Below, piece after piece: positions 56,151-64,000 of a stretch of DNA of 64,000 nt. The notes under the pieces are model-generated. The model was not told the DNA's origin. It saw only the letters and a program-made list of their open reading frames with translations, and did no database searches. How positions within the stretch are numbered: the first letter of the stretch is position 1; every line of letters begins with the position of its first letter. Source of the stretch: Verrucomicrobiota bacterium (GTDB lineage Bacteria > Verrucomicrobiota > Verrucomicrobiia > Limisphaerales > Palsa-1400). Both the position numbers and the translations under genes were made by a program. The DNA is taken from assembly GCA_049510745.1 (NCBI GenBank), contig JBEKYR010000001.1:124392-188391 (forward strand), in the 5' to 3' direction.

Positions 56151-57278
56151 TTAGACGATCTTGGAGAGCAACTCCTCGTTGGTCTTGTATTTCTTCAACG
56201 CCGTCAGCAACGTCTCCATCGCCTCGATCGGGTTGAGATCGACCATCATGCGGCGCAGCTTGCGGATCGCCTCCATGTTCTTGGGCGGAAAGAGCTTCTC
56301 TTCCTTGCGCGTGCCGCTCTTGGGGATGTCCAGCGCGGGGAAGAGCCGGCGGTCGGAGAGCTTGCGCTCCAAAATCAACTCCATGTTCCCGGTGCCTTTG
56401 AATTCCTGAAAAATCAATTCGTCCATGCGCGATCCCGTATCGACCAGCGCGGTGGCAATGATGGTCAGCGAGCCGCCTTCCTCGATCTTGCGCGCCGAGG
56501 CGAACATCTTCCGCGGAATTTCCAGCGCGCGGGCATCGACGCCGCCCGTCATGGTGCGTCCGCTGCCCCCATGCACGCTGTTGTAGGCGCGCGCCACGCG
56601 GGTGATCGAATCGAGCAGCACGAAAACGTCCCGCCCGCTCTCCACCATGCGGCGGCAGCGTTCGATCATGAACCGGGAGAGGCGGACGTGGGTTTCAAGG
56701 TCCTGATCGTTGGACGACGCCACCACCTCGGCTTTGACCGACCGCTGGAAGTCGGTGACTTCCTCCGGCCGCTCGTCGATCAACAGCACCATGGCGTAAA
56801 TATCCGGGTGATTGGCGGAGACGGCGTTGGCGATCTGCTTGAGAATGGTGGTCTTGCCCGTGCGCGGGGGGGCGACGATCAACCCGCGGGTGCCCTTGCC
56901 GATGGGCGTGACCAGGTCGATAATGCGGGTTTCCAGCAAATCGGGCGCGGTTTCGAGGTTGATTTTCTCGATGGGATCGATGGTCGTCAGGTTCTCGAAA
57001 CGGACGTTCTTGGTGTAGGCGTCGAAAGGCTGTTCGTTGACCTTGTCCACGGATTTGAGCTGGGGGCTGTTGCCGCGGTGGGGCGGCTGGGTTTCCCCGG
57101 CCACCAGGCAGCCCTCGCGCAGGAAGTTGCGCTTGATCGTATCGGGCGTGACAAAGATGTCGCTCGGCTTGGGATGGTAATTGTTTTCCTTGGTGCGAAG
57201 GAAGCCGAAGCCTTTTTCTGAAATTTCAAGGAAACCTGCTCCGTAGTCGGTTGCCGTGGCGCTGGGCGCTGTAGTCAT
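56151..57278 (-). CDS. rho: Transcription termination factor Rho (short N-terminus)
   Basis: OB/CSD motif GFGFLR, Walker A APPRTGKTT, DERPEEV and TALVDTGSRMDE. 375 aa. Confidence 0.93.
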   Translation of the reverse strand: MTTAPSATATDYGAGFLEISEKGFGFLRTKENNYHPKPSDIFVTPDTIKRNFLREGCLVAGETQPPHRGNSPQLKSVDKVNEQPFDAYTKNVRFENLTTIDPIEKINLETAPDLLETRIIDLVTPIGKGTRGLIVAPPRTGKTTILKQIANAVSANHPDIYAMVLLIDERPEEVTDFQRSVKAEVVASSNDQDLETHVRLSRFMIERCRRMVESGRDVFVLLDSITRVARAYNSVHGGSGRTMTGGVDARALEIPRKMFASARKIEEGGSLTIIATALVDTGSRMDELIFQEFKGTGNMELILERKLSDRRLFPALDIPKSGTRKEEKLFPPKNMEAIRKLRRMMVDLNPIEAMETLLTALKKYKTNEELLSKIV

Positions 57279-57469
57279 AGATTTTAAATGTAAATATGCC
57301 GAGGCCTTGCCTGAATCTGCCCCGAAAAATCACCTATCTTTGAACTTGGAATTTTTGGAGGACCATGGCGCCGCGCTCTCGGATTCTTCCGGCGCGCGCC
57401 CGGTCAGACCTTCAACATCCCGATCATCGGCCCAAAAGCCGATTTATGCAACTATTTTTTTAACCCTGT

Positions 57470-58453
57470 TTACCCCCCCACTTCCGCCTTGGCTTCGGCG
57501 GCCAGCGGCGTGCTCAGGTAACGTTCCCCGGTCGAGCAGGCCAGCGTCACGATCATTTTCCCCTTGTTCTCGGGCCGTCTGGCCACCTGCAATGCCGCCG
57601 TCACGTTGGCCCCCGTCGAAATGCCCACCAGCAACCCCTCCTCCTTCGCCAGCCGCCGCGCCATGGCAAACGACTCGTCGTTGCTGACCTGCACGCACTC
57701 GACGATCTGCGGATTCCCCTTGCTGTCCTTCAAATGCAAGTTCTTGGGTATGAACCCCGCGCCCGTCCCTTGGATCTTGTGCGGCCCCGGCTTGAGCGGC
57801 TGTCCGGCCAGGCATTGCGAGATCACCGGCGAATCCTTCGGTTCCACTGCAATGGCCTGAAACGACGGTTTCCGCGCCTTGATGACCTCCACGCATCCGG
57901 TAATCGTCCCCCCGGTCCCGACCGCCGACACCAAAATATCGACTTTGCCGTCCGTATCGCTCCAAATCTCTTCCGCTGTCGTTTTGCGATGGATTTCCGG
58001 GTTGGCCGGATTCTCGAATTGCTGTGGAATCCAGGAATTGGGCGTTTCGCGGGCCACTTGTTCGGCGCGGGCGATGGCCCCTTTCATCCCTTCGCTGCCC
58101 GGCGTCAGCACCAGTTTGGCGCCCAACAGCGCCAGCAACGTCCGCCGCTCCAGCGACATCGTGTCGGGCATGGTCAAAATCAGTTTGTACCCCTTGGCGG
58201 CGGCGACAAAGGCCAGGGCGATGCCGGTATTGCCGCTGGTCGGCTCAATGATGACCGTGTCCTTCTTGACGATGCCGCGCCGTTCGGCGTCCTCGATCAT
58301 CGCCATGCCGATGCGGTCCTTGACGCTGCCGAGCGGATTGAAAAACTCGCATTTGAGCAGGACGGTGGCATCAACCCCCTCGGTGACCCGGTTAAGGCGA
58401 ACCAGGGGGGTGCGTCCGACCGTTTCGACGATATTCTTATAGATGTGTGCCAT
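57470..58453 (-). CDS. cysK: Cysteine synthase A (O-acetylserine sulfhydrylase)
   Basis: VGRTPLVRL, the PLP lysine context NPLGSVKDR, and [11 protein letters not shown]. 327 aa. Confidence 0.92.
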   Translation of the reverse strand: MAHIYKNIVETVGRTPLVRLNRVTEGVDATVLLKCEFFNPLGSVKDRIGMAMIEDAERRGIVKKDTVIIEPTSGNTGIALAFVAAAKGYKLILTMPDTMSLERRTLLALLGAKLVLTPGSEGMKGAIARAEQVARETPNSWIPQQFENPANPEIHRKTTAEEIWSDTDGKVDILVSAVGTGGTITGCVEVIKARKPSFQAIAVEPKDSPVISQCLAGQPLKPGPHKIQGTGAGFIPKNLHLKDSKGNPQIVECVQVSNDESFAMARRLAKEEGLLVGISTGANVTAALQVARRPENKGKMIVTLACSTGERYLSTPLAAEAKAEVGG

Positions 58454-58553
58454 GAGAAAATGAACAGTTCGTGTTTTGTCACTTTACGCGGGGATATTGT
58501 CCGATTGGCCGCCAAGGGCAAGAACTTTTTACAATCGTAATCATATTATCATT

Positions 58554-60956
58554 TTAGGGGTCCGACGCATTTGCCCCCGGAATTGTCCCCCCGAATCCCC
58601 CTCTCCCTGCCAGAAACCAGCCGGCGGCCAGGACCAGCATTCCCCCCGCGCTCAGCATCACGCCAATCCGCAGACTCTCCGGACGATAGGAAAAGCCTAT
58701 CGTGGATTTTCCCGCGGGAAGCGCGACCGCGCGGAAGTTGTAATCCGCCCGGAAGATCGGCGCCGGCTCGCCGTTCACGGTGGCGGACCAGCCGGGGAAG
58801 CAGGTGTCCAGCAACAGGAGATAACCGGGACGCGGGAGGGACGCGTCAATGCTGATGTCATCCGGCTCATAGGAGACGATGCGCACGGAGCCGGCGGCAT
58901 TTGTCCCGGCGTAGTTGTCGGCGACCGGGTGCTTCGGCGGCGCCGGCTGATCTTCGAGGAGCAAAACCTGGCGCGGGTCAAATCCGGGCGCGGAGACGCG
59001 GGCAAGCACGTCGGCGCGATCCGGCAACACTTGATAATCGTACACCAGCAGGGCGCGGTCGTGGCGCCGTTTGTAGCGGTAGATTGCAATCTCCTTTGAA
59101 TAGACCAACTCAAACATGTCCGGGTTGACGGTTTGGGCCGTGGGTGACAGCACGTATTTTACAGCCAGGAGCGGGAACGTCTTTGGCCAGTCCTTCACGT
59201 CCGCGTAGAAATAGTACTCGCCCGCCCGTCCGGTGATCAACTCCTCATAGCGTCGCACCGCCATGTAATCGCATCCTCGCGCGTCACTGAGGCCGAAAAC
59301 TTCCGCGCAGTCCGGCTCCAACATCGTCCCGCCCCCGAAAATTCTAAAAAGCGAGTCGTCCTTTTGCAGCCATTCTATCGCCGGGGTCCGCGGATAGTAG
59401 CGGTCGCGGGTGATCGCCGGGTTGAAGCCAGTTCCGAACCAGAGCAGATCCGCCGCGGTCCAACTCAAACATACCAGCGTCGGCGCCCAGCCATTTCGAG
59501 GCGCGGACCATAAGCCCAAAAGGACCGCGACCATCATTCCACCGGCCAGAATAAGAAACTGCCGGCGGAGAAAGGCCCAGTGGGAGGTATCCAACGTCGG
59601 AAGTTTCGCGCCCGTGGCCAGCCAAAGCCAAATCATCGCCGCTCCCACCACCGCGCAAAAACCAACCGTCACCATCAGCGTGCCTCGATCAGTCCTCCTT
59701 CGGCTCAATTCATCCCAGCCCAACCCGGCCAGAACCGCCACGCTGAAGCCCACCATGAGAAGCAGGCGCATCTCGTCCACGTCGCGCAGAATGGGCAACT
59801 CCCTGACCAGGGCCGGAAAGGGCGGCGCGCCGCACATCACCAGGACGCAGCCCAGGGCGAGAAACGCATAGAATTTGGTCAATGCGCATCGCCGGAGCGC
59901 GATGCCGCAGGCCGCCAGAAACAGCGGCAGGATTCCCACGTATCCCGTTCTCTCATTGAAATTGCCCGGCTGTCTCCAGCCCAGCAGTTGGGGCAGGTCC
60001 TCAAATCCTTTGACCGGATTGCCCAACGCATTGGGCAGCAGAAAATGAATCAGCGACTTTGGGTTGAGGTGAAATGCCCATCGTTGCGCCAAGGCCGAGG
60101 CCTGAGCGGCCGAGCTTTCGCGGTAATACTCCAGAAAAGGCAGTATCTGGGGCGCTGCCAGGAGCAATCCAACCGCCACCGAACCGGCCAGCAATCCTGC
60201 CCGGAGAAACCCCTGCTCGCGGCGATGCTCAATGAGCCGGAAAAGGAAATAGAGCACCACGACCATCGTGACATGGATGGCGGTCGACGGGTGGCCTCCC
60301 AGGATCATGCAGGCAAAGGCGAACGCAAAACCGCCCCAGGCGCGAAGAGCGGGCGCCGCCATCGCATTCGCCCGCCCGTCCCTGAATGATTTCTCCACGA
60401 AGTAGAGCAACAGCGGCAGCCACATCGCCGCGTTGACGTGCGGATGCCCCAGCCAGACAATCATAAAACCCGACAGGCAAAAGACCAGCCCTGCCAGAAA
60501 GGCCGCCGCGTGCGACACCCCCAGCAGCCGGACGTAAAGCAGCGTGAACCATCCGGCCAGGCAAAGTTTTAGAAATGCGCCCGGTCCACTCGCCGAAAAT
60601 GGGTCCAGCGGCGACAACAGCAGGCGAATCGGAAAGAGCAGCGCCCCTTGAATGGCGCCGAGATTGGGCGCGCCACAGCACAGGCTCGGGTTCCACAGGG
60701 GAAATCTCTTTTGCTGGTGAACGAACTCCTGGGTCGGAAGGAAAACCGAGTATTGATCGACCAGCAGAGGGTTCGACGGACGGATGCCCTCATGCCACGG
60801 CGGCCAGTTCAGGATTCCATCCGCCGGAACCAATCCTTTGCCGGAAAACAATGACTCGTGCAACAGGATGAGCACCACGCCCGCCAGCGCCGCAAACCAG
60901 CAAAGCTCGCGGGTTCTCGCGGACGCCAAAGCCTTTCGGGATAGTTCTGCAATCAT
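58554..60956 (-). CDS. YfhO-family polytopic membrane protein (putative glycosyl-transfer/envelope biogenesis)
   Basis: 800 aa. Many TM helices, a periplasmic C-terminal domain and a final TM helix. The overall pattern resembles YfhO-family proteins. Confidence 0.65.
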   Translation of the reverse strand: MIAELSRKALASARTRELCWFAALAGVVLILLHESLFSGKGLVPADGILNWPPWHEGIRPSNPLLVDQYSVFLPTQEFVHQQKRFPLWNPSLCCGAPNLGAIQGALLFPIRLLLSPLDPFSASGPGAFLKLCLAGWFTLLYVRLLGVSHAAAFLAGLVFCLSGFMIVWLGHPHVNAAMWLPLLLYFVEKSFRDGRANAMAAPALRAWGGFAFAFACMILGGHPSTAIHVTMVVVLYFLFRLIEHRREQGFLRAGLLAGSVAVGLLLAAPQILPFLEYYRESSAAQASALAQRWAFHLNPKSLIHFLLPNALGNPVKGFEDLPQLLGWRQPGNFNERTGYVGILPLFLAACGIALRRCALTKFYAFLALGCVLVMCGAPPFPALVRELPILRDVDEMRLLLMVGFSVAVLAGLGWDELSRRRTDRGTLMVTVGFCAVVGAAMIWLWLATGAKLPTLDTSHWAFLRRQFLILAGGMMVAVLLGLWSAPRNGWAPTLVCLSWTAADLLWFGTGFNPAITRDRYYPRTPAIEWLQKDDSLFRIFGGGTMLEPDCAEVFGLSDARGCDYMAVRRYEELITGRAGEYYFYADVKDWPKTFPLLAVKYVLSPTAQTVNPDMFELVYSKEIAIYRYKRRHDRALLVYDYQVLPDRADVLARVSAPGFDPRQVLLLEDQPAPPKHPVADNYAGTNAAGSVRIVSYEPDDISIDASLPRPGYLLLLDTCFPGWSATVNGEPAPIFRADYNFRAVALPAGKSTIGFSYRPESLRIGVMLSAGGMLVLAAGWFLAGRGGFGGTIPGANASDP

Positions 60957-61039
60957 TCTGCAATCATGGTTGCCCGGCGTATTCGGCGGTCACCGCCCTG
61001 AATTTGATTCGCCCGCCTCCCCCGCCATGCCAATCGCCT
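60954..61039. repeat. Direct repeat DR-A flanking the ParE TA cassette
   Basis: cattctgcaatcatggttgcccggcgtattcggcggtcaccgccctgaatttgattcgcccgcctcccccgccatgccaatcgcct. About 92% identical by eye to 61599-61686. It is preceded by a tandem 11-nt tctgcaatcat duplication (60946-60967). Confidence 0.85.
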
Positions 61040-61056
61040 TCCGCTTGTTCACAAAC

Positions 61057-61353
61057 TTAAAATAGTCTCCGGCGAATCGCCTTTGGATCCTGCCGCAGAT
61101 CCAAGACCGCCGCGATGATGATTCGCGACGCTTGCACCTGGTAGAAAATACCGTACGGAAAGTCCCGGATCAGCATACGGCGATACGGACCACCATAAAC
61201 TGGCGCAATTTCAGGGTGCCGCCGCAGAAGACTCAACGCAGCATCCAATTGACCCATAAACAGTTCACCCCGGCCGGCCTGATAATCTTCGTAACGATTA
61301 AATGCCGCCTGAATGTCAAGATCGGCCTGCAGCAGCAGGAGAAGATCGATCAT
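61057..61353 (-). CDS. RelE/ParE-family toxin
   Basis: MIDLLLLLQADLDIQAAF...YRRMLIRDFPYGIFYQVQASRIIIAAVLDLRQDP is a typical ParE-like sequence. Start chosen at the internal ATG at 61353, which overlaps the antitoxin stop. Confidence 0.8.
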   Translation of the reverse strand: MIDLLLLLQADLDIQAAFNRYEDYQAGRGELFMGQLDAALSLLRRHPEIAPVYGGPYRRMLIRDFPYGIFYQVQASRIIIAAVLDLRQDPKAIRRRLF

Positions 61354-61574
61354 GACCGTGGGCCGAGGATTCGCTCCTTGACCGCTTCCCAAGTGGTGAA
61401 TTGATCTGGATGCTGGCGAAAGTGCTCCATCCGACGGTCCAATCCCTCGATGATCTCGCGCGCGACGGGCACTTGCGAGGGATTGGCCTCGAGATCGTTC
61501 CACAGTTCCGACACAAACATCAGCTTTTCTGAAGCGGAAAGCCGCTGCACCTCCGGAAACTTCTCAAGAATCAT
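61350..61574 (-). CDS. Addiction-module antitoxin component
   Basis: MILEKFPEVQRLSASEKLMFVSELWNDLEA matches the putative addiction module component pattern (Ls..eRl.l...Lw.sL). 74 aa. Confidence 0.75.
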   Translation of the reverse strand: MILEKFPEVQRLSASEKLMFVSELWNDLEANPSQVPVAREIIEGLDRRMEHFRQHPDQFTTWEAVKERILGPRS

Positions 61575-61598
61575 GGGCCTAATATAGCGGTTCGCGAC

Positions 61599-61686
61599 CA
61601 TTCTGCAATCATGGATTGCCCGGCGTAATTGGCGGTCACCGCCCTGAATTTGGTTCGCCCGCCTCCCCCGCCACCCCAATCGCCTC
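61599..61686. repeat. Direct repeat DR-B (includes the 3' end of the dehydrogenase gene)
   Basis: cattctgcaatcatggattgcccggcgtaattggcggtcaccgccctgaatttggttcgcccgcctcccccgccaccccaatcgcct. Confidence 0.85.
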
Positions 61687-62901
61687 AATATGCCCGTCGC
61701 TGGTCAGCACGTAAAGTTCCCCGTCCAGGTCTTGCGCGAAACTGGTGATGTTTTTCGGCTGGTCCAGCAGCGTGCCGTATTGGGTCACTTTGCCGTGCTT
61801 CCACCGAAATCCCCAAATGGTGCCCAGGGCGTAGTCGCCATAAACATAAATCCCGCGCAAGGCCGGATGCTTTGCCCCCCGATAAACATACCCGCCTATC
61901 ACGCAGGCCCCGATGCTGTGATGACGAAACTTCGTCTCCGCCAGAAGATTCGTCTTGTGCGGATACTCGATCACCGGCTCAACGTAGCGCGCCCCTTCGG
62001 GACCGGGTTTGAAATGGTGCGCCCCTTCCCGCACGCTCCAGCCGTAGTTGCCCCCTTTGACAATCAAGTCTATCTCCTCCCATTTGTCCTGGCCCACGTC
62101 CCCCGCCCACATCTCCCCCGTCGCCCGGTCCCAACTGTAACGCCACGGATTGCGCAGCCCATAAGCCCAGATTTCCTTCCGCGCGCTGTTCTCCCAAAAA
62201 TCCGGCTCGCGCATGAAGGGATTGTCCGCCGGCAGACCGTAAGGCAGCGTCTCCCGCGCCCCGCGCAGGCCGATGACCGACCGGCTGTCAACGTCGATGC
62301 GCAGGATTTTGCCCTGCAACGCCGAAGTGTTTTGGCCAGTCCCGAATTCATCATTCTGCCCCCCGCCGTCGCCCACGCCGAGGTAGAGAAAACCATCGGG
62401 GCCAAAACTCGCCAGGCCCCCCTTATGCACCTCGGACGGCTGCGGAATCTCCAGCAAAATGTGCTCCGAATTGGTGTCCGCGCGGTCGGGATTGCCGGCG
62501 GAAACTTTCATTTCACTGACCACCGTGCGCCGCGGATTTTGCTGGCAGTAGAAAATGTAAAACAGCCCGTTGCTGCTGAAACGCGGATGAAACGCCAGGC
62601 TCAACAACCCCTGTTCCAGCGAAGCGTGCGGTTTGCGGTCCTCCAAGTTGAGAAACTCCCGCGCCTCCGCCCCATCGGTCCCCTTGCGCGCCAGCATCAC
62701 GCGCCCGCCCTGCTCCACGATGGCGCAGCGCCCGGAGCCATCCGGCGCCTCCTCCATCCAAACCAGGTCACTGCATTGCAACCTGGGAAAAACCGGGCGC
62801 AGCGTAATTTTGGGAAGCGGCTGGGCCACGGCGGCAATGGCTGCCAGCAGCGCGAACAGCGCCTGGCCAAAGATGATTAACCGCCGGTTCACCGCGCCCA
62901 A
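61636..62901 (-). CDS. PQQ-dependent sugar dehydrogenase (soluble glucose/sorbosone dehydrogenase family)
   Basis: Signal peptide. GLLSLAFHPRFSSNGLFYIFY, HKGGLASFGPDGFLYLGVGDGG, GKILRIDVD, YGLRNPWRYSWD and GGNYGWSVREG. Confidence 0.88.
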   Translation of the reverse strand: MGAVNRRLIIFGQALFALLAAIAAVAQPLPKITLRPVFPRLQCSDLVWMEEAPDGSGRCAIVEQGGRVMLARKGTDGAEAREFLNLEDRKPHASLEQGLLSLAFHPRFSSNGLFYIFYCQQNPRRTVVSEMKVSAGNPDRADTNSEHILLEIPQPSEVHKGGLASFGPDGFLYLGVGDGGGQNDEFGTGQNTSALQGKILRIDVDSRSVIGLRGARETLPYGLPADNPFMREPDFWENSARKEIWAYGLRNPWRYSWDRATGEMWAGDVGQDKWEEIDLIVKGGNYGWSVREGAHHFKPGPEGARYVEPVIEYPHKTNLLAETKFRHHSIGACVIGGYVYRGAKHPALRGIYVYGDYALGTIWGFRWKHGKVTQYGTLLDQPKNITSFAQDLDGELYVLTSDGHIEAIGVAGEAGEPNSGR

Positions 62902-62959
62902 GGTGGACTATTCCACCCCAAAGTTCAACCCGTCTTCGGCGCAGAGTTTCCGACTCCCA

Positions 62960-63220
62960 TTACGCGGCGACAACTTGCACGCGGGGGGCAAAACCAAGCC
63001 TGCCGAGAAGCTCCTCACAATCTTCCCAGGCGAGCCCAAACGCGCGAACATCCGCAACTCCAAGCCGGGCAATCACGTGGGAAAGCGTCTCGGCGTCGCG
63101 CTCGGCCAACTCGCCGTCCATTAAGGCGCGCTCCGCCCAATCCACCAACTGATCCAGCGTGATCTCGTGATGAAGGTACGCGGCAATCTGTTCGGCAACG
63201 ATTTGTTTCGTGATCGTCAC
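62960..63220 (-). CDS. Small hypothetical helical protein (GTG start)
   Basis: 86-aa ORF MTITKQIVAEQIAAYLHHEITLDQLVDWAERALMDGEL... with an AGGA-like sequence ~8 nt upstream. Family not recognised. Confidence 0.45.
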   Translation of the reverse strand: MTITKQIVAEQIAAYLHHEITLDQLVDWAERALMDGELAERDAETLSHVIARLGVADVRAFGLAWEDCEELLGRLGFAPRVQVVAA

Positions 63221-63241
63221 GGCATCATCCTACACTTTCTG

Positions 63242-63439
63242 GTGGCCTTTATCCACCGGGAATTTTTCGTGCGTCTCGACCAACCGCCCCGCGTCATCAT
63301 AAATCTCCTGCCAGAAGCGCAGCGTGGTTTCCTTCCGGAGTTTGGCGGCCGGGTGTTGCGTGTGGTGGTAAACAAGACGGTTGTTCCCGAACGGGTCGTG
63401 ACTGTATATTTCGACCGCACAATGAAAGGCAAACTATGA
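63242..63439 (+). CDS. Possible DUF4258-like toxin partner of the DUF2283 gene
   Basis: C-terminus GGRVLRVVVNKTVVPERVVTVYFDR resembles DUF4258 endings. Its stop overlaps the DUF2283 start (ATGA). The start (GTG 63242) is a guess, and an in-register antisense ORF is also open. Confidence 0.4.
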   Translation: MAFIHREFFVRLDQPPRVIINLLPEAQRGFLPEFGGRVLRVVVNKTVVPERVVTVYFDRTMKGKL

Positions 63440-63636
63440 GATTGAAAGTTGACCGTGAAGCCGACGCGCTTTATCTCCGCTTGGACGACTCGCCAATCAT
63501 CGAGTCCGAAGAGGTGTCGCCGGGCGTGGTGTTGGACTTCAACGGGCAAAATCAGGTGGTCGGCGTCGAGATGCTCAACCTCTCCAAACGCGCGCCGGGG
63601 CTTAATCTCAAGGAATTCCAGTTCCAAACGGCGTGA
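63436..63636 (+). CDS. DUF2283-family small protein (antitoxin-like)
   Basis: MRLKVDREADALYLRLDDSPIIESEEVSPGVVLDFNGQNQVVGVEMLNLSKR is a typical DUF2283 sequence. Confidence 0.8.
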   Translation: MRLKVDREADALYLRLDDSPIIESEEVSPGVVLDFNGQNQVVGVEMLNLSKRAPGLNLKEFQFQTA

Positions 63637-63698
63637 CACGTTCAGCTTCGGCGGCGGAAACCGTCCGGCCAGCTTCAAAGGGTTTTGTGCCGTAAAAT

Positions 63699-63800
63699 CA
63701 CTTGCACTTAGAGCCGGACAATACTACGGTTTGACCCGGACGACGCCCGCATAATTTTAGTCTTTATCCTCTTCCTGAGAGAAAGACGGGGATTAAGGGC
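63699..63800. repeat. Repeat modules R3 (63699-63748) and inverted R4 (63757-63800)
   Basis: cacttgcacttagagccggacaatactacggtttgacccggacgacgc matches 4408-4458. The reverse complement of 63757-63800 matches 6757-6803 (tctcaggaagagga core). Confidence 0.65.
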
Positions 63801-63821
63801 AAAACTGTACCGTCAGCTACC

Positions 63822-64000
63822 TCAATAGACCAGCACCAGGGCCACGGCGCTTTCCGCCTCTCGCTCCACGTCCTCGAATTTCCGGTCTTTGATCGGATTC
63901 GGCTCCGGGAGTTTCGCCGATATTTCCGGCAGGCTTTCCAACAAAACGTTCAACACAGAGCTTTTCACGGCGTAATTGACGCTTTGCGGCAAAGAGCCGG
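63822..64000 (-). CDS. 3' end of an unidentified gene running off the window
   Basis: The open frame on the minus strand to the window edge ends ...DRKFEDVEREAESAVALVLVY followed by a stop at 63822-63824. No family recognised. Confidence 0.3.
   Translation of the reverse strand, partial: GSLPQSVNYAVKSSVLNVLLESLPEISAKLPEPNPIKDRKFEDVEREAESAVALVLVY

Overview
High-GC bacterial chromosome segment, about 63% GC on one 60-nt line I counted inside a typical gene. It is most consistent with a PVC-superphylum organism, probably Verrucomicrobiota: it has a Gloeo_Verruco (GloVer) repeat protein, a PVM-type microcompartment locus and mosaic intergenic repeats. About 60 protein-coding genes are supportable. 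I recognised no rRNA, tRNA, CRISPR array, integrase or transposase. Main blocks: (1) 0.1-3.6 kb: REC protein, GT9 glycosyltransferase, secreted metzincin. (2) 3.8-6.9 kb: repeat mosaic, an AT-richer orphan gene bracketed by inverted copies of a repeat, and a decayed toxin-antitoxin (TA) pair. (3) 6.9-15.0 kb: DeoR plus a complete PVM-like bacterial microcompartment (BMC) locus (PduL, 3 BMC-H, AckA, 3 BMC-P, acylating aldehyde dehydrogenase, class II aldolase, LDH/MDH). (4) 15-20.8 kb: discoidin protein, B12-radical SAM, beta-propeller, second repeat mosaic, two TA loci. (5) 21.2-30.8 kb: a seven-gene translationally coupled membrane operon (ABC-2 permease, three SPFH proteins, P1B-ATPase, ABC ATPase, ABC-2 permease). 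(6) 30.8-45.1 kb, minus strand: NUDIX, Ugd, TPR, serpin, a 162-aa orphan, a 2117-aa double-ectodomain membrane giant, an anti-sigma-vWA fusion and an ECF sigma. I rate this last set the best candidate for an undescribed system. (7) 45.3-64 kb: NTase pair, RR-PAS-PP2C, LuxE/LuxC/QueD operon, GloVer protein, VapBC-like pair, WYL regulator, Rho, CysK, YfhO, a ParE TA cassette flanked by ~86-bp direct repeats, a PQQ sugar dehydrogenase and further small TA-like genes. All family calls come from motif recognition by eye. No database search was run.
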